Program-made: the position numbers and the translations under genes
In this document: in pieces, positions 13,601-26,916 of the stretch
Numbering within the stretch: position 1 is the first letter of the stretch
How the letters are laid out: every line of letters starts with the position of its first letter
The notes under the pieces: model-generated
The model's input: only the letters and a program-made list of their open reading frames with translations
Told to the model about the DNA's origin: nothing
Databases searched by the model: none
Assembly: GCA_973895155.1 (NCBI GenBank)
Contig: OZ316898.1
Coordinates: forward strand, 1,959,927 to 2,023,926
Source of the DNA: Marsupella aquatica
Lineage: Eukaryota > Plantae > Marchantiophyta
Direction: 5' to 3'
Length of the DNA: 64,000 bases

Positions 13601-14180
13601 TGTGGGGCCCCATGGCACTCTAGGGCCCACCTCAAGCCCCCAGCCCCAAACTGGTCATTTGTGCTTGTGTTTAATGACTGCATGAGTGACCACACAAATA
13701 ACCACAAGTCCAGTCACTTGACTTATATGACAGTCCATATGACAAATTTAATGACCCTACTTGTAGTCATTGGTATTTGTGATGCAAATGTTTTTAGAAA
13801 TGACCCAATAAAGATTACACTAGCTCCTTGAATGCCACATCACTATTTATTTGCAAATTAAAATATTCCCCATCCAAACACCGGCACAAACATGACACAA
13901 CTACAACAAAGGATGACAACCTTCCATTGGTATTGCCCTACTTCTTGGAGAGACAAAAAGGTTTCATTTGCCTTTGGATACGGTAGTATGCGCGCATCTA
14001 TATATGGTGACACTTATGGAAAATCACTCCAAAGGTGTATGACTTGGGAGTGATTTCCCCAAAGCTAGGTGCATCATGCCTAAAGTAAATGCAAGACATG
14101 TGTTCAAATTGCTAATGCCCCAACCAGTGGGAGGACAATGATGAGTATTGTGTCCCGCACTTAGTGGAAGGGTTATCAAC
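10700..14180 (+). repeat. ~580-bp tandem array (about 6-7 units, one truncated) in the CACTA 5' region
   Basis: The anchor aaatcactccaaag..tatgacttgggagtgattt occurs at 10837, 11423, 11976, 12283, 12860, 13440 and 14021 (spacings 586, 553, 307, 577, 580, 581). Confidence 0.92.
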
Positions 14181-14269
14181 TATATCAATGACTCTACAAT
14201 TATGACCGGTGTCTGGAATGACTATTGAGTATTTTAATCTTCATATCTCTTGGGTTCTTTAATGACTCT

Positions 14270-14700
14270 ATAAGTAGTCATTTATGCAATAAGTCCATAA
14301 TGACTGTATGTTATTGTAAATATTGATATATCATGATTTTTAGATTGACCCTATATTTAGTCATTTATGCAACAAGTCCATAATGACAGTATATTATTGT
14401 AAACACCGATATATCCTAATTTCAAGTTTGACTCTAGAGTTAGTCATTTATGAGAGAGAAGTCCATAATGACGGTATGTTCTTGTAAACACTGATATGTC
14501 CTAATTTCAAGATTGACCCTAGAGTTAGTCATTTATGAGAGAAGTCCATAATGACGGTATGTTCTTGTAAACACTGATATGTCCTAATTTCAAGATTGAC
14601 TCTAGAATTAGTCATTTATGGGAGAAGTCCATAATGACAATATGTTGTTGTAAACATTGATATATTCTCATTTTCAGATTGACCCTATATTTTGTCATTT
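14270..14700 (+). repeat. ~83-bp tandem repeat (5 units) in the CACTA subterminal region
   Basis: gtccataatgac occurs at 14293, 14376, 14461, 14544 and 14627. Confidence 0.85.
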
Positions 14701-17700
14701 AACACCGTTGGTTAAAATGACGGTAATACATTTTTTGTCATTTATCACCGTTGTCCAAAATGACTCAAATAGATTTTTGGTCATTTCAATCATTGTCCAG
14801 AGTGACTATAATGTTGTTAAACACTGATTTATCATTGTTGTTATTAATTGCATCATTTAAGACATGTGTCTAAATTGACCATTTAGGGAAATTGGGTCAT
14901 TTTGGTCACATCAGTCATTACAGACATTATACAAAATGACGCAAAAGTTAACATGTTGTCATTTCAGTCCATTGGTCATTGTGGACAGTCATTCCCCTGT
15001 CATTCTTTTTGTGTCATTAAAATTTTTGGTCATTTATTCATCTCCGTCATTGGGTGATTGGTCATAAAGGGCCCTGTTTTCTTCTAGTGTAATTGACAAT
15101 GCCCATAACTTTCTAGTTAGGCGTCCGCAAGCGGAGTCAGTGCCTTAGCCCGTTGTGATTGGGCCGACCCAGTGCTCATGCCTAGGCCCTCAAGTCCTAT
15201 TGTCACCCGGGACCCCCAATTGGCCAAACCGGATCGAACCGTAACTCGTGCCGCAAGCGGCCATATTGTAGCTTCATCACCTAAATAGATAGCCTGTAAT
15301 GGAGGGTTCAAACATCTATGGAACTTGAAGAAGACCTAGAATGAATGATTGTCTATCGAACTGGGTAAAGACAACCCCGAAAGGATGGACACGTAGCCAA
15401 AGTTCATCCAACCTAAGTACCACAATTTTCAGTTCTAGAATATAAGAGATTTTTACAGCCATGTTAAACTATTCCACTCGAGTGTCACTATGAAGAGGCA
15501 ACAGTGTCATCTTGCGCTGCTGGAGTAAAATTCAACATTCATAATTAGAACGGCAATAATTGTCTGATGCGCTCGAATATGATGTATCATTGACCAGAAA
15601 TGACAAATGGAGCAATAGACTAGATTTTTACAGATCAATTAAGATTAAACAGTTATGCCTCTCATCTTCATTCTTCGCAGCTGCGTCAAGGGCCTGAAAC
15701 GGAAGTGGAGTGAGCGTCATGAAACAGGGCAACAAATGCAAGAACGCCAAAACCAATCTCGTTTGAAAAGCTTCAATTCAGAAACTTCCATTTCTTTTAG
15801 CCCAATACCGGCATCTTAAAGGTGTCAAGCTCCTGCAGAACACTCAAAAGCAGGTAGGATATACCAGACCGAATAATTTGCAATATAGTGATCAGCTTTA
15901 AAGCTTTAAAGTGCCAGCGATTCTAGCATCATTCTTGGCCTCCCTTCTGTCGATCAAAGCTCCCAAGATTAAAGTTACGACGAGAGTATGAAGCGACCAG
16001 ACAAGAAATCTCAAAGGTAAACTTCTCTGGAATCACCACAAGAAGGCCCTCACCTCTAGTGAATCCACCAAAAGCCCTGCAGAAGTTTTCGAGCATTGAA
16101 TTACCTCCTGACGCGACTACTCCGTCAACTGGATTTCCATCGGACACATTACCAGTCATCCATCTTTTGAGATACAACGAGAACTCTTCCCAAATGCTCT
16201 CATGCACCATCGGAGTGGCGTCATCCCCTCCAAAATCTCCAAGGAGCAAACGGAAGCATCGAAGAGATGGCGATATTAACTCTTCATTATCACTCCTCTA
16301 GCGCGAATATGACAATTCAATTTTGGTACGATATATTGCTGGTCATCCATCTTGTGAGATCCTTGGAGAAGTATTATCAAAACGGCCTGAGGCATCCAGA
16401 GTGACCTCATCCTCTCAGAAAATCCAGCAAGCAAATGAAAGCATCGAAGAGTTGGTGATATTAATTCTCTTCATCACGTTCTTTGCAGAGAGCCACGAGA
16501 GTTGGCTTTTGCTCCAGCTCTGGCTCCGGCTCCGGCCTATCGTTGAAGACCAATTTCAGCCGCTTCTACAGAATAAGAATTAATTTCATCAGATTCACTA
16601 GAACAATCGATATTGCCTAATAGTTTCGTTCCGGTGACATTTCGAAACCGCCTAGGAACCAGATTTTATTCTGGGAAGGCTCAGTGCCAGACACGATCCT
16701 CTGTGTTTGCAAGGGTCTCCCTTCTGGCCGGTTGAGCACGCACGTACCACCTTCCAAAAGAAAGAAAGAAAGAAAGAAAGAAAGAACGGATGTGCTCTGT
16801 TCGCTCTCTTACGAGATTAGGATTGAGGTTTGATGGCTTCGGAGGGAAATGATCTATGAGGAAGAAATCGATAATCTCAGGGACGAATTGATCGTGTCGA
16901 GAAGAAATCGACTGTCTGGGGCAGAGGTTTTGGAGGGAATTGATCTTCTAGGGAAAAAAATGATCAATTTGAGAGGCATCGAAGGCGTGGAGAAGAAACT
17001 GAATGTCTGGGTCCGAGAATTGTGGGAAGGAATCGCTTTTCTGATCATTTGTGGAGAATTTCAGCTTCTGGGGAAGAGAATCGTCTGGGACAAAAATTTC
17101 GGAAGAAATTGATCTTTTGAGGAGGAGTTGATTGTGTGAGGGAAAAATTGTCGTCATGGGAAAATTGTTGGGAGTGTAGGTTTTCAAATACAGCTTTCTT
17201 CATTGAATACTGGAGAAGGCGTTTATTTTGCATTTCAAGTGTCATCCTTCTGATCATCAAGACTCTGATGATCACCCCCCAACATTTACTTGGAAAATGA
17301 TGCTGAATAATCAGAGTGGTGTTGATTGAGGCTACGTACATAAGGGTGAAATGTACATTCAAACTCTCTGAATATGCTCCATCAGTTTGCTGGGCACTCA
17401 TTCCTTGACTAGAGAGGAGTACCATGTACTGTACCTCACTTTGCAAGGACAGGATTAACAAGTAATAATATGATATCCCCAATAATAATTTTGTTAAGCA
17501 TTTACTCTTAAGTTTAATGTTGCGACTATAATGCATGAGCCCATGGGGTTAGATTACCCCTTGTGGTGGTTACATGTTTCCCCGTTTCATTCAGTTTCAC
17601 AAAACCTTTTTCTTTTAACTTGTAAAATAGTTTATAGTTAGGTTAACCTTAGTCACAGATTTACTTAATTTAGTAATGTTGTGCACTATATGAAGCACAT

Positions 17701-20419
17701 TGTTGCTTGTGAGTATGAACTTAAGCTCACTCAATAAGTTGAGGAATAGAGAAAACTTGTAAGTTGAGAGATAAGGAAAATTTATATTGCAGAAACTAGG
17801 AATGACTGAGTGGCCAATAATGCAATAAATTCTTGTGTATTCCATTGCAGGCTCTGTTCAGGTTAGTAACATGCCCATAATTTGTTTTAATTGGCCTAGA
17901 ATTTTATTATATAATTGCAAACAGAAGCAACTTTTAAAAGCTAGGGTCTAGACCTAAACTCAATTAATCCGTGGACCCCCATGTTATTTTAGAGACAGTT
18001 ATCTAGAAACTGAAGCCGAGATGGACCTCTAAATTGAAAGAAAAAAATTTCAAAATTGGACAAGTCAATGTTTGACACTTGAAACAGTTGCCAAACTTAC
18101 CAAGGCAACCATAATTAACATCAAATAATTGCAAAACCAACTGCATTGTGAACTACTATTTAATGTGTGGGTAGCTTAATTGCCCACTTCAACAAAACGG
18201 TGCTCGACGGTTTCCTCCACGGTACCGAAGGGATGCTGGATGCACTCAGGTTGCATCAAAAGTAATCACTTTCAATTCCTACACGCAGATAGACAAAGAG
18301 AGCAAAGTCATCGGTGTCATCAAATCATTAACTTTTGCATAATCATTTAAGACACAAAAAGTTTCATGGAAACAAATCTCCAATTGTGGAATTTGGAATC
18401 GATTGAAAATCAGAGAAATTTAGAAACTCATGACCATTTTAGTACTTGATAAAATCTCTCAATGTTACACTCATTGGAAAGCTAAAGAACATTATAAACT
18501 TATAATCTACTCACAATCAACTAAATCTATCAATGTTGAGTTCATTAAAAAGATAAAGAAATTCTAAAATTCATAATCTCCTTAGTACTCCATAAAATCT
18601 GTCAATTTTAGGTTCATTCTCATGGAATGGGTCAACATTTCAAGGGTTGTACAACAAAAATTTCTATTCACGTTAGAGACTATGAACTCACGGGTAAAAT
18701 ATATTTTTCAAATTATTACTCAATTCTTACCGAATGATGACAATGTTTAGCACATCAGGACCATCTCTTCAAGATCTTTCTAACGCTATATTATACGTGA
18801 GTTTTCATTATGATTTGATTCAATAATGTCGAATCAAAAATTATTACTAGGAAAATTTTATGTTTTGAATAAAATCAAAATACAAATAAAACAGTTATTG
18901 GGAGCAGTTTTACCTCAATTTTTTTGTCTTTTGATTTGCATGTCAATTTTTTTTTACATTCTTTTTTATGACATGGTATCCCAATTTTTACAGAAAACTC
19001 GTCACAAACACGAATGCAGAAGTTAATTTTATCCAAAAACAAGTCTCTTCTTGTTTGCAACGTGCCATGATGATGTGGCGCGCTGTGGAGCCAGGAATTT
19101 TGCAAGGACCCCTAATGGGGGTCCGTAAATAAGGACAAATTTATAATGACTGAATAACACAAATCTATAAGGTGCACAAAAAAAAATATGCAAAAATAAT
19201 GGAAAAGAATTTAGATTTATTTATTTTTTCAAATTTATTTATTTTCAATTCTATTTGAGTTCAAAGAATGTGTATTCAAACTAGTGTAATAAAACTCTTA
19301 TGTGTTCCATGACAAGTTGGTTAGTAAAATGCTGATAATTTTTATAGCTTCAACGTAGCAATCTACAGATGTACACTGACTAGAGTTTGATTCACACACT
19401 AACCTTCCACTTGCCCCACCAGCGCAATTTACCTCAACATACTTGAGATTCTTGTATTTGCCAACAAGTCTTTCTAACTCAGATAAACTCAAGTATCTTG
19501 GATGTTTAACTCTACAGTAGATCTCAGCTAGAACAGCAATCAGATCTGAACGACTTAGGATTGTCACGAACACAGTGATGACAGATTTCTAGCACGTGAG
19601 CAATGTGCCCGGGTCTCGCGGTTGACTGTACACTACTTTGAAGAATCGATAAGTATCACAAAAACCTCATGGGATGCAGTTTGTCTAAATGTCAGCTGGG
19701 TGGTGAAAGGCAAGATTGACGGCTTTTTGTGCCTTAATAGTTCACAGAATTCCATTCATTTGCAACAAGGTTGACAGCTTTTGGTAACATGAATGGCCAG
19801 GCAGATGCTTTAGCCCATATCGCACACTAAATTTTAGAATACTTTGTAGAGAGCAGACTACATTTCCAGGAAAGCTGCATTAAAATATGTACTGTTCCTG
19901 CTTAGATCACGGTCACTAAGAGTACAATTTTATACTATATCCAGGCATGCACGCACTAGCTTGTACACGTAAATTTGGTAGAAATCCAATTCAAGCTCGC
20001 TGGAACGCTCTAATTCATCGATCCTCACCGTTCTTTTTAATTAAAGTAAAAGTAGCTTACTGGTCCTTTTGGCTTTTAACATTTTTATGAGGTTGTGATC
20101 GAGGTACTACTTTTCGGTGACGAGCCTTCTAGCTTACATAGACCTTACAATTGACGGACTCCGAAAGCAACTGTACGGGTTATCCAAATGGACTTGCGGC
20201 ATTCAACGAGAAAGCTCCAGTTGGCTTAGATTAGCTTCCTTGTTGGTCTTGCACTGAGTCGACCGTGACCTACGTACGTGACTTTTAAACCGGAGTTCCA
20301 CAGCACTCCTCTCATGAAGTGTGGAATTTCTACCAATGTTGCTACACGCCGGATCGAACACGGTAAGCAGACAGTCTCAGGTGCAAATCGTGAAGACGCG
20401 CTCCCCATCTGTTGAGAAA

Positions 20420-23400
20420 ATGAGGTTACCGCTGTATTCAGTAGTGCTGCTTGGAATTGTGGGTTTTTTGCTGGTCAGTGGAGAAGTTGGGGCTCAGAGT
20501 TCGGGTGGTAAGGGTCACAACGCCACCAGCTTGTGCGCTGAACTCATCATTCCCAACGAGTACAACTGTATTGAGTACAAGGTATGTAAACCTTTTCCCA
20601 TTATGAATTCCAATTATCTGATGTCCAATTCTGAATATAGATTGTGTTTTTTTATTGAAGAACTTGCAATATTCTCGATTGAAATTGTTCTGTTTGAGCT
20701 ATTCGCGCGGAAAGGACAGAGAATACTCTTTTCGCAAAGCAAGGAGTCGATTATCTAATGCGAACTGCTCAGAATACTGTTCTCAAGACTCACTATGTTG
20801 TAGCTTTTGGACTAGACGGAAGTATCCGACTTCTAGACATTTTGTGTGAAATGATTGATACCCAATCGCGTCAGTGTATTGACAGTTCACGCAACTAGAT
20901 ATCTGGATGTGTGCTCGATTTATCGCCCCACCTTTGTCAGGACGGTCCTGTCTTTAAGTTGTTGCGACGCCCGATCAAGATTCAAGCCCACTGCCTGTCT
21001 AGACGTTACACATGCAAATCGGCGTCCATCGCAATCCGGACCAGTCTCTGTTCCAGTCATTGTGAGGAATGTCAAAGTCTCTAACAAGGGTCTATAGTTT
21101 CTGTCTTCACTGACCTACAGTATCACTGTACGTCGCACCCAGAAAGCTTGAAATCAGACACACCTATCGGAAGTGCCCTAGCTATTGCACTCTGTCACTT
21201 ACTGAGTGTCATGAGGTAGTTCACCTACTGTAGCTCAGAGACTTGTTTTGCTTGATATATGTGCACTGCTTCTCTTTAATGATTACTTTGGACATTAAGG
21301 ATGTGGGTGGTTCTCCTGAGGCTAGACCAGCCGAGAGAACAGCTCGGAGTCTACATTGAACAAGTCAATGAATATTTTGGAAAAGGATGTGGACAGGAGT
21401 TTTTTGACTCTGAATTACTACCTACAAAAGCTTGGAATGTAAATGTGTATACTCGTGATGCGTCATTGAACAGTACGTGTAGATCCAGTTGTGATCATTG
21501 ACCATTAATTTGCTCGCAGGTTGTTACCGACGATGGCTTTATCTTGGGCATGCAAAACATCCCGTGCAGTCGCGGATTCGGGAGCGCACCGAATAATGGT
21601 CCTCCAGTACTCCTTCAGCATGGACTCACTGCTGTAAGTAACGCAAAGTTTTGCTCATGGTAACTGACAATACATGGGTGGCGCTGGTTTGGACTTTTCA
21701 CACCTTTTCATCTTTGAATGTCATATATACCGGACCAAAATTATTTTGCTGGACACTGAATTCAACATATATGTAATTGACTGTGATCAGCGAAATGAAC
21801 TTGAGCAATATGTATATATACCCTTGAGATCTCTGCACTTACCAAAATTTCGGCTCTCCCCTTTTCGGAGTTCTTTGTTTTCGTGGTATTTTCGTAGTTC
21901 TCCTCGGTCCTCCGGGACTAAAGTTCATTTTGACCTACATTCAGTCTCTTTAGCTGTGACTACCTGGCCCGGGACCTGGCCTCAGCTTTTAGACAGACAA
22001 AGTTCCATAGTTAATGCAGAAAATTTTTCATTAGTTACAAGATTTTAACTGGAAATTGGATCACTTCACTCGGAAGAGAGAACTTAAATTGTAGTCTTGC
22101 ATTTTCAACTTGCATTGTGCAGCGTGATATTCATCGCTCTGAACTAGCCTGTTACATTAATTATTAACCATCTTCGGAATCTTCATTCAGGGAGGGGACA
22201 CTTGGGTCGACAATGGCCCTCAGGAATCTCCGGCTTTCATCTTAGCGGACGCTGGGTTCGATGTCTGGATTATGAATACCCGAGCTATACAGTGGAGCCA
22301 TGGGCACAAGACTCTCAGCCCATCTGAAGATGTAAGTGAGCGTGCAAAGTAAAGTCAATCAACAGCTGGACTCAGAACATTGCACGCTCGCTCTCTGAGG
22401 CATTGTTTATCGAGACTAGTGATGAATTGAGACACTGTGATGTGGGGGAATGCAGGCGTATTGGGCATGGAGTTATGACGAACTCGCAAGTTACGACTTG
22501 AAAGCCTCCACTGAGTTCGTCTACAATAAAAGAGGCGGCAAAAAGTTGTCATACATCGGCCACTCTCTGGTAAGGACCGTTTGTATTCCAGAAAGAGTTG
22601 AACTTTAAAGTATTGCCTATTTGCAAAATGTCATGCGGGTGACTTATTGTTGGGAACTTCAATCACAACAGTTTATTGCGTAGTAAGTGAACATTGTAAA
22701 TAGTATGCACTTCTCTACTGTCCTCGCTTTAAACACAAGGTCGTGCATTCAGCATCAACATTGATGCGACCTACGATGATTACGGTAAATGAAGTCATTG
22801 TAATTAAGACGTAAAGCTATTCATAATCATGAAAACTGATGCAAATAGTGCAAATAATAAAGCATCTGTAATCTAGACCATTGTATACTTATATCCGGAT
22901 CGATATCAGCCTAGATTTCAGCCCCTGGATAGCTTGGACTACAGCTGCGTTATCAGAGACAAGCTAATGAGAGTCAAGTGACCGAAGTCTAGATTGGATT
23001 GTGATGCTTGGAGATCTGAAGTACGTGCGAGAGCTTCAATATATTAAAAGCTGTAGCCAGGAGAAGGAAATGTTTGCAATACCAATGTCAAAACTTTTTT
23101 CGCTGTGCAGCTCCCAAGTGAAAGGTTTTAGCAGAAATTTTCTTCATAGTTCTCGCTTATGATGTGCAGTACTGAACACTGAACACTGACAGATGAGTCT
23201 CGTTTTTGACCAATTCAATCAGGGAACCACAATTCTTATTGCAGGTCTTACTAACGGCCGTTTCAACACGACAGTTCTTGGATACTTGAATGCAGCTGTG
23301 ATGTTGGCTCCCATTGTACTCTTAAATTCCAATCCCAATTCCAATGCCCCGCTGCTCACAGGAGCAATCATGAATGACTCTTCTCCGGTACTGCTATCAA

Positions 23401-25172
23401 ATGAAACTCAACTCTGCTAAAGGCTTCCGCAGAAATACATTAATTTTGATTAGTTTGTGACTTGCATCGTTTTATTGGTTGTCAACAATGGAATAGATTT
23501 GCACATCTGAGACAAGAGTTACAAAGAAAGTATTATTTATAAGTGGGATAGTTCAGTATTTGCTTTCAAGTTGGCATGGCTGTCTTCAGGATGAAACATG
23601 ACTCTTGTTTCTTTGTATTCTCGTTGTCATGGCGCAGGCTGTCTATCTAGCTGGCGCCAAGGAATATTATACCTACGCGTGAGACATTTGAAATTGATGG
23701 AATCATTTCATGAAAAGTCAAGTTGGACTGCATTTCTAGCATAATTTTGTAACCTAAGAACCAGTCTGACTGGCAGTCCAATTCATTGAATGCTCTTTCG
23801 CTAATTGGGCCATCTTCCATGGCATGGATTTTGCAGGCAATATCAACTTGCATGTGGACCTCCTTTGGTGAACGTTGATCCCACTCCGTGCTTGGGACTC
23901 TTCAGAGGAACTCTTGGTATGATTGTCTCTTGTCCTCTGTGATAGGGAGCACCATTCCCCTCCTGTGCCTCTACTTTTCTCATGCCTAGTTAGCACTTTT
24001 TATCTTAGTTATCCCTATACTAAAGTCTTAGTTATCGCTATACTAAAGAAGCCGAAGCCATTATCTCGACTATATATAATAACATCTTTCTAATGGTTGA
24101 ATCTAGATGCGCCATGTACTTCTTTCTACCATCTTTCTATGTTTAAATTTGCGCCCCTGGATGAGAATAAACGAGAGGGTTAATCTAAATTGGATGAAGG
24201 ACAAACATTGTGCCCATCTTCAATAATATGGCATTTGCGAATGGCTGGAAAGTAGCCATTTAAATTACTTGAAGTAGTCATAGAACTAAGAAATAGCCCT
24301 CGATGTTAGACGAGATCTTACATGACCAATGTCCTCTCTAATGACTACCTCTGGAGTTTTGCAGGTAACAACAGCTACACCAATGTGTCTCGCCTTGGGT
24401 TCTATTCCCAATACTTTCCACAACCCACATCTACATACAACGTCAATCACCTTGGCCAAGGTAGGGTGCATCTTTCTTTCCAATTGTTTTTACTGTCTTA
24501 TGTTTTATAAACTAATTAATATGCCCAATTAATCATCCATATAGTATGTAGTACCTACCGTTAGTAAGGTAATGACACTAGAAGGGTGTGCAAAGTATCA
24601 TATTACAAGTTGTTACTGGCCACAACTAATAACACAAAAAGAGTCATGGCTGTAACGGTACAGCTCACTCAATTAGGATGGGTCTAGCGGGTGTCCATTC
24701 AACATTTTACGTGTTCTATTATCAATTCCATATAACTGATTCTCAAGTCCTTTTGTGAAACTTAATAGTAATGTCAGTTAAATCTACAACTTTAAGGGGA
24801 GCCTTTTGTCACAATGCTCATATTCTCAACCTTACACATTTCTTAACTTATGTAATTGCAGGTTTGTTAACAAGGAAATTTGCATTTTATGACAAGGGAA
24901 CTAAGGATAATGAGGCTTCTTATGGGCAACCCACACCTCCAAGTTATGACTTAACATAGTTTCCAGCCAGCCTTCCAATGCAATACTGGATTGGGGGGAT
25001 TGATGCAGTGTCGGACCCAACCGATGCAGCACAAATTTTAGCTTTGGTGCCAAATTCAAATAGAGAAGTTCATACTATACCAAACTATGGCCATTCAGAT
25101 TTTATCCTGGGTTCTAATGCTTACATAGATATTTATCCATCTCTTATAGCATTCCTTAAGAAGCATGTGTAG
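20420..25172 (+). pseudogene. Secreted LIP1/gastric-type triacylglycerol lipase, copy 2; 9 exons with an in-frame premature stop
   Basis: Exons 20420-20581, 21520-21633, 22191-22331, 22456-22569, 23223-23387, 23638-23678, 23837-23916, 24365-24460 and 24862-25172 all have GT-AG borders with consistent phases. Motifs: signal peptide, VVTDDGFIL, PVLLQHGL, ILADAGFDVW, WSYDELASYDL, nucleophile GHSL|G, PQPTS, YGQPTPPSYDL and YGHSDF. A TAG at 24957-24959 precedes the catalytic Asp and His. Confidence 0.88.
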
Positions 25173-26916
25173 GATCCAGCAGCAAATTCTATTATTGGCA
25201 TCAGACATGCATACATGAGTTTACAAAAAGGTTATGGAAGTGGTCATTCAGACTCACACATAGGCCAGAGGTGGTCAACTAGGTAGAACAGGGCAGTTAT
25301 CATGTAGTTACCAAATGTGCAGCAACAAAATAAATTGTAGAAGGCTCCAAAGAGCTCGATCAACAGATCTGCCCCAACCTGTATCACACTCTACACGGAA
25401 AGAGTTTATGTTGTTTGATAAAAGTCTGCAAATTGCTGTCGATATAAAGCTTAGTGTTGCCCATTCCCTTTCAGTGATTTGGTATGAGTTGATGCATGAG
25501 TTGGAAGACAAGGTAGAAGACAAGACACTCTTAGGATTTACTCTTAGGTCTAGATTTACGATTGTATCGTAGTCAGGGCTAACCTTAATTGCAGACTAGG
25601 TTAGGTTAGTCATGTTGTGTGCACACACTATACCCAAGCGGTGTTTGCTTGGAGAGTAGGAACTTCAGGCTCGTTGTTACGGAGCCAGTTGAGAGATAGG
25701 GGGAGCTTGTGATGTGGATGTTTGGTCTAGAGTGCGGTAAAGCTTTTGTGTGTTTCCGTGGAAGTGAATCACTTATCTCTCTGTGTCGACACTTGTGCGT
25801 TGGATGGTTCATGGACTTGCCGTTGTGATTGTCGCCTATGTTCAACAGACAGATGGAGGTAAGAGAACTGGACTCCGAGAGTAAAAAGGAGACTTGAATG
25901 TCTGCTTGTTCTTGTAAAGCCCCCCATTAGTCTCTACTTTGGATGTTGATCATTAGAAAAGGAAGACTTGCACGTCCACTCTTTCTTGTAAAGCCCCCCA
26001 TTAGTCTCTACTTTGGATGTTGATCATTATTTAGAAAAGGAGGACTTGCATGTCTGCTGGTTCTTGTGAAGCCCCCCTTAGTCTCCATTCATTGTAGATG
26101 TTGATTGATAATTAGTACAAGTTTTTAACCTTCTTGTTTTTGCTTCTGGCCTTTTGAGTAAATGTTCTCTTGTGCCTTTCAAGTTACTTCATCTTACTTA
26201 CGCAGTTATCTTGAAGCTATGACCTACACGAGCCTGACTGATGCTGTTGCACAGAAAAGGCTGGGCCCCAACTGTACGCCCCAAAAACCCTACACCCCTA
26301 ATAAGTTACACCCTGTCCATGCACAGTACAAGCCTTCGCTATTAATAGTACCTATATACGTATTTGAGCTTTCTTTCTGATTCCAAGTGTAAGTACCAGC
26401 ATATTTCCCACCATGTGTACCCCATGAAGCACCATAGGATGGTCTTGGCTAGAAATGAACATGGACTGACGGGTGTCCAAATCTTTTTACTCTGGGTTTT
26501 TCTTTTGGATTGTTTTTTCTGGACAAACAAATGGACTCAAATAAAGGGCTGTTATGTTGCTAACTAAGGGTTATGGTCATACTCTAGCCAAGAATTTCAG
26601 GATATATAAGCTCAGTTGGATCTGCATTTAAACCTTTTGCTCACCAAGCTCATTTCTAAGATTATAATTATAAAGATATTCTAAGAAAACATGCATTCTA
26701 AGTGAAGTGATATGGATTTAGGAGAAGAACAAACTTAGTTGACTTTGATAATAGAAAGAGAATTTTAAGTATCCCATCCATTCAAGTGAAAAAAATCAAA
26801 ACCCTAGACACTAAAACCAAGATTCCATTTCAAACAGGTTGCTCTTTTGCTCACATATAATTAAATTGTGAACCTCTGCTTTAATGCTTTTGAGGAAAAG
26901 AATAAAAGTTCTCCCC
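24988..26916 (+). repeat. Segmental duplication copy B, with an extra ~319-bp insert (25528-25846) and an extra short repeat unit
   Basis: Alignment by eye to 1-1545. Confidence 0.88.

Larger units (their letters stand above)
2574..15089 (-). mobile_element. CACTA (En/Spm) DNA transposon with intact ends, internally deleted and non-autonomous
   Basis: TIRs CACTAGTAGAAAACA (2574) and TGTTTTCTTCTAGTG (ends 15089) match at 14/15. There is a 3-bp TSD, TAA, at 2571-2573 and 15090-15092. Dense AATGAC/GTCATT subterminal repeats occur at both ends, and En/Spm coding remnants lie inside. Confidence 0.95.
1547..15279. mobile_element. Possible solo LTR (~1.2 kb: 1547-2573 plus 15093-15279) split by the CACTA insertion
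   Basis: A GC-rich segment starts with TGATG exactly where homology to the paralogous flank ends. A similar segment follows the CACTA and ends in CATCA. The flanks (cccag/cctaa) are not a clean TSD. Confidence 0.35.

Noticed and set aside
10944-13831. Repeated short ORFs (MENGKYSILHLVEG..., MTLHMTVLMTLL...)
   Set aside because: They are translations of the 580-bp array, and their frames are not preserved between units.
10837-14056. Regularly spaced 36-bp palindromes resembling a CRISPR array
   Set aside because: The intervening sequences are mostly about 520-550 bp and are themselves repeats. The context is a eukaryotic TE and there are no cas genes.
16757-16785. (AAAG)n microsatellite, and similar (TTC)n and (TA)n runs elsewhere
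   Set aside because: These are ordinary simple repeats.
15900-17540. Possible degenerate gene or Ulp1-like TE remnant (QQTDGAY)
   Set aside because: Only one weak motif is present and there is no coherent frame.
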